DNA of 64,000 nucleotides from assembly GCA_965219445.1 (NCBI GenBank), contig CBDCNQ010000002.1:512001-576000 (forward strand), given 5' to 3'. Of this stretch, positions 57,659 to 64,000 are shown piece by piece (positions within the stretch are counted from its first letter, which is position 1; each line of letters starts with the position of its first letter). Below the pieces are notes generated by a model. It ran no database searches and had not been told where the DNA came from. It saw only the letters and a program-made list of their open reading frames with translations. This DNA is from Longimicrobiales bacterium (GTDB taxonomy: Bacteria > Gemmatimonadota > Gemmatimonadetes > Longimicrobiales > Gaopeijiaceae). The translations under genes and the position numbers were made by a program.

Positions 57659-58273
57659 ATGATCAAGCTCTCTCCGAATACGGGCACGGCCACCCGGTTG
57701 AGAAGGGCCGGACGACGGATCTTCGCACGCCGGGGCTACGAGGGGGCCTCCCTTCGGGGCATCACACGAGAGGCCCGCGCCAACCTGGGGGCAGTGACGT
57801 ACCACTTCGGGAGCAAGAAGGGTCTGTACGAGGCCGTCGTGGACGGCGCTCTCGCTCCCCTCAGAGAGCGAGTGAGCAAGGCTGCAGCCGTTCCGGGAAC
57901 ACCGCTCGAAAGGATCGAGGGTGTCGTCCGAGCTTTCTTCGCCCACCTGAGCGAGAATCCGGACATGCCCAACTTCATGCTCCAGCAGGTGACCTCGGGA
58001 GTCGAGCCCATCGAACCGGTCCAACAGACGATGCAGTACGTTATCGGAACGCTCTCGACCCTACTTTGTGAAGGACAGGAGGACGGGAGCATCCTCGAGT
58101 CGGACACGCTCCCAACGGTTATCGGGATCATTGCCCTCCCGGTCCACCTGACGCTGGTGGGCCAGCTGTTGTCTCGGGCGGGCGGCTTCCCCGGCGGTGT
58201 GCCTGCGGATCGGGCGGAGGAGCATGCGGTTCAGTTCGTGGGAAGGGCCCTCAACGCCAAGGAGGTATCATGA
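57659..58273 (+). CDS. TetR/AcrR family transcriptional regulator
   Basis: FARRGYEGASLRGITREARANLGAVTYHFGSKKGLY HTH. Confidence 0.93.
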   Translation: MIKLSPNTGTATRLRRAGRRIFARRGYEGASLRGITREARANLGAVTYHFGSKKGLYEAVVDGALAPLRERVSKAAAVPGTPLERIEGVVRAFFAHLSENPDMPNFMLQQVTSGVEPIEPVQQTMQYVIGTLSTLLCEGQEDGSILESDTLPTVIGIIALPVHLTLVGQLLSRAGGFPGGVPADRAEEHAVQFVGRALNAKEVS

Positions 58274-59673
58274 ATTCGCAGCTTCGGAGCATTCTGGCGG
58301 TCTTGGCAGGCCTCGCGGTGCCGTGCATGGGCGGACAAGCACAGGGCATAGCCGCCCAGGCGGCGAACCGTCCTTCCTCCGATGCCACGGGGACTCTGTC
58401 TCAGGCCACACTCACTCTCTCCGAGGCCGTGGCGACGACGTTGGAGACTCACCCCTTCCTTCTCGGAGGAATGGCGCGCCAGAGAGCGGCCGAAGAGGCC
58501 CACGGGGTCAGTCGGGGAGACCGCTTCCCTGCTCTGAGCGTGCTCGGCACGGCCGCACAGTTCGAAGAGCCGATGATCGTCACGCCCATTCATGCCTTCG
58601 AGCCTTCTCTCGTCCCCCCCTTCGATGAGACGCTCTTCCAGGCCCGAGCCGTGGTCGGCTACACAGTCTACGACGGTGGCGCGAGAGGAGCGCGCATCGA
58701 GGCGTCCGCCTCTCAGGTGAGGGCGGCAGAGTCCGATCTCAGATCGGCCCGCCAGGAGCTCATCGGCCAGGTCGCCGTGAGCTATCTCGGCGTCCTTTTG
58801 GCTCGGGATCAGTTGGACGCCCACGACCAGCGCATCGCCGCCCTGCAGGCCGAGCTCGAACGGGTTCAGGCTCTTCTGGCCGTGGGTAGGGCACCGCGAG
58901 TGGAAGTGCTACGAGCCGAGGCGGCGCTGGCAGACGCTCGCGCCAACCGGGTCCGGACGGTCACGCTGCGCCGGGTCGCAGAGGGCGATTTGAGTCGGCT
59001 CATGGGCCTGTCCTCCGGCTCCCTAGTCGAGCGGGAATTTCAGGGGGTCGCCCTGCAGGAAGTAGGAATCGTCGACCCAACGCGGCTGTTCTCGGCTTCA
59101 CTGGCCACCAATCCAGGTGTCCAGCGCGCCCGGGACGATCTTACATCCGCCGAAGCCGCTGTGGGCGTCGCCCAGGGCGCCCGCAGGCCCAGCGTGGATC
59201 TTCAAGCGGCCTACGTTGACCAGGGTAGCCTCGACGGACACTTCACCGGCGAGTGGAACGTGGGCGTGGGCATCTCGGTGCCCGTCTTCACCGGTGGCCG
59301 TCTGGGACACGGTGTTTCCCGAGCCGAGGCGCTTCGTGAGGCCTCCCGCGAGAACGTACGTCTCGCCGAGCTCGGAGCGGCCGCCAACGTCGACAGGGCG
59401 CTGGCGACGCTGGAAGAGACCGAGGCCCGTGCGGTGAGTCTTCGCACAGCCGTGGACCGCTCCGAGGAAGTGGCTCGCATCGAACGACTACGTCTCGACA
59501 CCGGCACCGGAGTTCAGGCGGACTACCTGGAGGCCGAGGCGACCCTTCTGTCCCTCAGAGCGGCGCTCAGTGAAGCGGACCACGGCGCGGTGCTCGCGCG
59601 GATTAGACTCGCCCAGGCGGTGGGTGAGCTCGACGAGGGCTGGCTCGAAGAGAACCTCGGAGGTGAATTATGA
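58270..59673 (+). CDS. TolC family outer-membrane efflux protein
   Basis: Signal peptide, TLTLSEAV, two OEP-like repeats (VYDGG, PVFTGG); operon context. Confidence 0.9.
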   Translation: MNSQLRSILAVLAGLAVPCMGGQAQGIAAQAANRPSSDATGTLSQATLTLSEAVATTLETHPFLLGGMARQRAAEEAHGVSRGDRFPALSVLGTAAQFEEPMIVTPIHAFEPSLVPPFDETLFQARAVVGYTVYDGGARGARIEASASQVRAAESDLRSARQELIGQVAVSYLGVLLARDQLDAHDQRIAALQAELERVQALLAVGRAPRVEVLRAEAALADARANRVRTVTLRRVAEGDLSRLMGLSSGSLVEREFQGVALQEVGIVDPTRLFSASLATNPGVQRARDDLTSAEAAVGVAQGARRPSVDLQAAYVDQGSLDGHFTGEWNVGVGISVPVFTGGRLGHGVSRAEALREASRENVRLAELGAAANVDRALATLEETEARAVSLRTAVDRSEEVARIERLRLDTGTGVQADYLEAEATLLSLRAALSEADHGAVLARIRLAQAVGELDEGWLEENLGGEL

Positions 59674-60680
59674 GTGAACGCCGATCCCCCCGACCCGTCC
59701 TTGCGCTGACCGTCTTGGCGGTCGTCGGTGCCATCGTGTGGTTCGGATTCCTGCAGGACGGTGACGTGGGAGACGGGCTCACGGCTTTTGGGACCGTGGA
59801 GGCGACCGAGGGTCAGCTCGCTTTCCAGGCTGCCGGCCGGATCCAAGCGATCGTCGCGCGTGAGGGTGACCGCGTTGCCACCGGCCAGGAGCTGGCGAGC
59901 CTCGACCGGTCCGAGCTCGATGCGCGCCGTGCTCAGCTGGTGGCTCAGCTCGCAGGAGCGCGGGCCGGATTGGCGGAGCTTCAGAGCGGGTTCCGAGCAG
60001 AGGAGATCGCGCAGGGGCGCGCCGGCCTCCGGGCGGCCGAGGAGCAGGTGGGCGATGCCGAGCGGGACCTGGAGCGAACCGCACTTCTGTATGACGGCGG
60101 GGCGGTGAGTCAGGAGGCACTGGAGAAGAGCGAGCTCGCCCTGAGCCTCTCCCGTATCCAGGCAGACGAGCGGCGTGAGGCGCTCGGGCTTCTGGAGGCG
60201 GGACCTCGCGCGGAGAGGGTGACGGCCCAGGCCGCGCAGGTGGCTGCCGCCGAAGCCGGCATTCAGGTCGTCGACGCGGCGTTGTCCTTCGCCATGATCA
60301 CGGCTCCGTTCGATGGGGTGGTGACCGTCAGGCACCGGGAGCCGGGTGAGACGGCCCCACCCGGTGCTCCCGTTCTGACCCTCATGAACCCGGATGACCG
60401 CTGGGTGCGGATCTATGTGCAGGAGGACCGGATCGGTAGGGTCGCGCTGGGACAGCGCGCCACCATCACCTCGGATAGCTATCCCGACCGTACCTACGAG
60501 GGACGCGTAACCTTCGTCGCTTCGGAGGCCGAATTCACGCCCAAGAACGTCCAGACGCCCGAGGAGCGAGTGAAACTCGTATATGCGGTGAAGGTCCAGG
60601 TCGTGGGCGATCCGGCCTTCGAGCTCAAGCCGGGCATGCCCGCCGACGTACGCCTGGACACGGGCGAAGTGGCCCAGTGA
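59670..60680 (+). CDS. HlyD/YbhG-like periplasmic adaptor
   Basis: GTVEATE, REGDRV, ITAPFDGVV, AEFTPKNVQT.EER..LVYAVKV, LKPGMPADV. Confidence 0.93.
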   Translation: MSERRSPRPVLALTVLAVVGAIVWFGFLQDGDVGDGLTAFGTVEATEGQLAFQAAGRIQAIVAREGDRVATGQELASLDRSELDARRAQLVAQLAGARAGLAELQSGFRAEEIAQGRAGLRAAEEQVGDAERDLERTALLYDGGAVSQEALEKSELALSLSRIQADERREALGLLEAGPRAERVTAQAAQVAAAEAGIQVVDAALSFAMITAPFDGVVTVRHREPGETAPPGAPVLTLMNPDDRWVRIYVQEDRIGRVALGQRATITSDSYPDRTYEGRVTFVASEAEFTPKNVQTPEERVKLVYAVKVQVVGDPAFELKPGMPADVRLDTGEVAQ

Positions 60681-61660
60681 GCGTCCGGGGGAAGTCGACC
60701 GGGCAGGGGTCGGCCCCTGCGGTCCGAACCGAGGGTCTCACCAGAGCGTTCGGTCCGCTCCTGGCGGTGGACGGTCTGTCCTTGGAGGTCGCGACCGGTG
60801 AGCTCTTCGGTCTCGTGGGCCCCGACGGAGCCGGTAAGACCACGACGCTGAGAATGCTCGCCGGCGTCCTCCCTCCTTCGAGCGGGCGCGCCTGGGTGTT
60901 CGGCACCGACGTCGGTGAGGACCCCGAAGCGGTCAAAGCACAGATCGCATACATGTCTCAGCGCTTCGGTCTCTATCACGACCTCACGGTCAGCGAGAAC
61001 CTCGACTTCTACGCCGACCTCTTCGGCGTGCCCCGGGACCAACGCTCCGAAAGGCTCTCACGACTCTACGAGTTCAGTGGCCTCGGACCCTATAGGGACC
61101 GCCGGGCGGAAGCGCTCTCCGGTGGAATGAAGCAGAAGCTCGGTCTTTCGTGCGCCTTGATCCATCGGCCGAGCCTCTTGCTCCTGGACGAGCCGACGTT
61201 CGGAGTGGACCCGATATCGCGACGGGATCTCTGGCTGATCATCCACGAGATGGTGAACGAGGGGGTGACCGTGGTGGTGAGCACGGCCTACATGGACGAG
61301 GCCGAGCGGTTCGATCGGCTGGCTTTCCTTCAGGCGGGCAGAAGCCTCTCGGTGGACACTCCCGACGTGCTTCGGGAGGGGCTAGCTGGCCGGGTCCTAT
61401 CGGTCCGGGTCGGGAATCGGTCGAGGGCGGCTCGGGACGTCCTGAGAACGACTCCGCTCGTCGCCAGCGCATCCGTGTTCGGTGATCGACTGCATGTGGT
61501 GCTGGAGGACGCGACCACAGGCCCGGGTTCGGTCCAAACCGCTCTCGAGTCGAAGGGATTTTCGGACGTGAATGTGGAATTCATCGACGATCCGTCGCTG
61601 GAGGACGTGTTCATAGACCAGGTCGGGGCCCGCGGCGGGCGAGGCCATGACGCAGACTGA
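60677..61660 (+). CDS. ABC transporter ATP-binding protein (YbhF N-half-like)
   Basis: GPDGAGKTT, YMSQRFGLY, LSGGMKQKL, LLLDEPT, STAYMDEAE. Confidence 0.94.
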   Translation: MSVRGKSTGQGSAPAVRTEGLTRAFGPLLAVDGLSLEVATGELFGLVGPDGAGKTTTLRMLAGVLPPSSGRAWVFGTDVGEDPEAVKAQIAYMSQRFGLYHDLTVSENLDFYADLFGVPRDQRSERLSRLYEFSGLGPYRDRRAEALSGGMKQKLGLSCALIHRPSLLLLDEPTFGVDPISRRDLWLIIHEMVNEGVTVVVSTAYMDEAERFDRLAFLQAGRSLSVDTPDVLREGLAGRVLSVRVGNRSRAARDVLRTTPLVASASVFGDRLHVVLEDATTGPGSVQTALESKGFSDVNVEFIDDPSLEDVFIDQVGARGGRGHDAD

Positions 61661-62651
61661 GGGGTCCAGCCCCACGGGCGGGCTCCACATATTGCCGAAC
61701 GACCCAGGGGACCTCGGGCATGCCGTCACTGCCCGCGACCTCACGCGTCATTTCGGCGACTTCATCGCCGTCGACGGTGTGTCGTTTCAGGTACGCTCAG
61801 GCGAGATCTTCGGCTTTCTGGGACCCAACGGGGCCGGCAAGACCACCACCATCAAGATGCTCACCGGGCTCATTCCTCCTACCTCGGGTGAGGGACGCGT
61901 GGCGGGCCTCGACGTGGCGACGGAGCGCGGTGCCATCAAGCGGCGGATCGGCTACATGTCTCAGCTCTTCTCCCTCTACTCCGATCTGACCGTCGACGAG
62001 AACATCCGCTTCTTCGCTCGACTCTACGGGGTCCCCGGGGGCCGCCGACGCGAGCGGGCGGATTGGGTAGTGGAGATGGCGGGACTCACCGAGCACCGGG
62101 GCCGTCTGACGGGCGAGTTGCCCTTGGGATGGAAGCAGAGGCTCGCCCTGGGCTGTGCCGTCCTTCATGAGCCTCCGATCCTCTTTCTGGACGAGCCCAC
62201 GTCGGGGGTCGACCCGATCTCGCGTAGAGCGTTCTGGGACCTGATCTATGAGCTGAGGGACGGCGGGACCACGGTCTTCGTCACGACTCACTACATGGAG
62301 GAGGCCGAGTACTGCCACCGGCTCGCCCTGATGAATCGGGGACGCCTCATCGCCCTGGACACGGCGGCAGGCCTCCGGGACGGCATGAGACTGCCCCTCT
62401 TCGAGGTCCGAGCCGAGGACCCGCCTCGGGCCGTACAGGCACTGGACGGTACCTCGGGCATCGTGGATGCCGCTATGTACGGTCGCTCCCTCCACGTGAC
62501 CACGGACACGAAAGAGGGCGCAGACGACCGTATCCGGTCCCACCTGGCCCGGGTGGACATCGACGTGACCTCCGTGGAGCAGATCAAACCCTCTCTCGAG
62601 GACGTGTTCGTGGCGCTCGTCCGTGAAGAGGGTGGAGCCAGGGGCGGGTGA
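61647..62651 (+). CDS. ABC transporter ATP-binding protein (YbhF C-half-like)
   Basis: GPNGAGKTT, LPLGWKQRL, FLDEPTSGVDP, TTHYMEEAE. Confidence 0.94.
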   Translation: MTQTEGSSPTGGLHILPNDPGDLGHAVTARDLTRHFGDFIAVDGVSFQVRSGEIFGFLGPNGAGKTTTIKMLTGLIPPTSGEGRVAGLDVATERGAIKRRIGYMSQLFSLYSDLTVDENIRFFARLYGVPGGRRRERADWVVEMAGLTEHRGRLTGELPLGWKQRLALGCAVLHEPPILFLDEPTSGVDPISRRAFWDLIYELRDGGTTVFVTTHYMEEAEYCHRLALMNRGRLIALDTAAGLRDGMRLPLFEVRAEDPPRAVQALDGTSGIVDAAMYGRSLHVTTDTKEGADDRIRSHLARVDIDVTSVEQIKPSLEDVFVALVREEGGARGG

Positions 62652-63772
62652 GCACGCTCAGCCGGACTCGGCTCATGGCCATGGCGCGCAAAGAGGTTCT
62701 CCACCTACGTCGTGACCCCAGGAGCCTCTTGCTCGCGTTCCTCCTACCCGCCCTTCTCGTCGTCCTGTTCGGGTACGCCATCACATGGGACGTGGAGGAC
62801 ATCCGTACGGCCGTCTTGGACCAGGACGGATCCAGCCGGAGTCGAGAGCTGCTCGAGGCCTTCGAGGCATCCGGCTACTTCACGATGGTGCGCCGGCTGA
62901 CCCGACAGGGCCAAGTCGAGGAGGTCCTGGACCGGGGCGAGGCCCTCGTCGTCATCGTGCTGCCGCCCGACTTCGCAAGGGATCTCGATGGAGGACGATC
63001 CGCCGCGCTCCAGATTCTAGTCGACGGCAGCGACGCCAACACGGCGACCATCGCGTTGGGATACGCCCAGAGCATCGTGCGGTCATTCTCCACGGATGCC
63101 CTACTGGAGGGAGCCGAGCTCCCCGTGACGATCAGCGCGGAGACCCGAGTGTGGTACAACGAGGAGCTCCTGAGCAGGAACATGATCGTCCCCGGGCTCG
63201 TGGCGGTCATCATGATGATCATCGCCGCCATGCTCACCTCTCTCACCATCGCCCGGGAGTGGGAGCGAGGCACCATGGAGCAGCTCGTGTCCACCCCGGT
63301 CCATAAGTTCGAGGTGGTCCTGGGAAAGCTGCTACCCTACGTGGCCATCGGAATCATCGACGTGGTGCTGGTAAGCGTCATCGGCGTTCTTCTCTTCGAC
63401 GTTCCGTTCCGGGGCAGCCCCAGCCTTCTGATGATCCTCTCGCTCGCCTTCATCGTGGGGGCCCTGGGGTTGGGGATGTTCATCTCTGCGGTCGCACGCT
63501 CACAACTCTTGGCCACTCAGATGGCGATGATCCTGACGTTTCTCCCGGCGTTTCTGCTTTCCGGGTTCATGTTCGCCATCGACGTCATGCCCCCGGCGCT
63601 ACAGGCTATCACCTACCTGATCCCCGCCCGCTACTTCCTGGTGGTGACCCGGGGTGTGTTCCTGAAGGGGAGTGGCGTCGAGGTGTTGGCCACCGAGGGC
63701 TTGCTCATGATCGCCTTCGCCGCCCTGGGCCTTTTCGGTGCGACCCGGGCGTTCAAGAAAGAGATCCAGTGA
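62648..63772 (+). CDS. ABC-2 type permease (YbhS-like)
   Basis: KEVLHLRRDPR, LFGYAI, VDGSDANTA, AREWERGTMEQL, LLSGFMF. Confidence 0.93.
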   Translation: MSTLSRTRLMAMARKEVLHLRRDPRSLLLAFLLPALLVVLFGYAITWDVEDIRTAVLDQDGSSRSRELLEAFEASGYFTMVRRLTRQGQVEEVLDRGEALVVIVLPPDFARDLDGGRSAALQILVDGSDANTATIALGYAQSIVRSFSTDALLEGAELPVTISAETRVWYNEELLSRNMIVPGLVAVIMMIIAAMLTSLTIAREWERGTMEQLVSTPVHKFEVVLGKLLPYVAIGIIDVVLVSVIGVLLFDVPFRGSPSLLMILSLAFIVGALGLGMFISAVARSQLLATQMAMILTFLPAFLLSGFMFAIDVMPPALQAITYLIPARYFLVVTRGVFLKGSGVEVLATEGLLMIAFAALGLFGATRAFKKEIQ

Positions 63773-64000
63773 GCGGGGTGACAAGGAGATTCGAGCGCGT
63801 ATTCGGCATCCTGGCCAAGGAGTTCCGGCAGACGTTCCGGGACCCCCGGATGGCCCGGGTGATCTTCGTGGCTCCCATCGTTCAGCTCTTGGCGTTCGGA
63901 TACGCCGTTTCCACCGATCTCGACGACACCTCGATGTTCGTGGTCGATCACGACAACACGCGGGAGTCAAGGGAATTGGTGTCTTCCATCACGGCCTCCG
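63769..64000 (+). CDS. ABC-2 type permease (YbhR-like), partial
   Basis: GTGA overlap with the upstream stop; translates ..ILAKEFRQTFRDPRMARVIFVAPIVQLLAFGYAVSTD.. and runs off the window. Confidence 0.88.
   Translation, partial: MSGVTRRFERVFGILAKEFRQTFRDPRMARVIFVAPIVQLLAFGYAVSTDLDDTSMFVVDHDNTRESRELVSSITAS

Noticed and set aside
1..64000. rRNA, tRNA, CRISPR array, prophage or defence genes
   Set aside because: None recognised by eye; small RNAs could be missed without a covariance-model search.

Overview
GC-rich bacterial chromosomal window. The gene content (SusC-like receptor, many secreted beta-propeller enzymes, TonB/TPR pair) suggests Gemmatimonadota or a similar lineage; this is an inference. 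Left to right it holds: a MoxR-DUF58-VWA operon, a degenerate GGDEF gene and lnt; an IS hot spot (10.56-16.11 kb); a cell-envelope cluster (TIGR03546/TIGR03545-like fusion, OmpA, VWA lipoprotein, membrane protein, MltG, DUF2914-like, M23 peptidase); redox and hydrolase genes; a second IS3; a 2-oxoacid:ferredoxin oxidoreductase pair; an acetoacetate-utilisation cluster; and a TetR-TolC-HlyD-ABC efflux operon. The main result is in the hot spot. An IS110/IS1111-type element (10578-12167) sits inside the left terminal inverted repeat of an IS256 element. Its 3' non-coding end appears to fold into a bridge/seek-type RNA. One internal loop carries TACACACC and TCAAAGG, which match the two halves of the reconstructed IS256 repeat. 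A second loop carries ATAGAAGG, which matches the element's own end. This looks like an RNA-guided recombinase programmed against another transposon's terminus. The IS256 has no target duplication and joins a truncated susC-like gene to a decapitated RCC1-repeat gene. No rRNA, tRNA or CRISPR array was seen. All calls were made by eye from the sequence and the ORF track, with no database searches.
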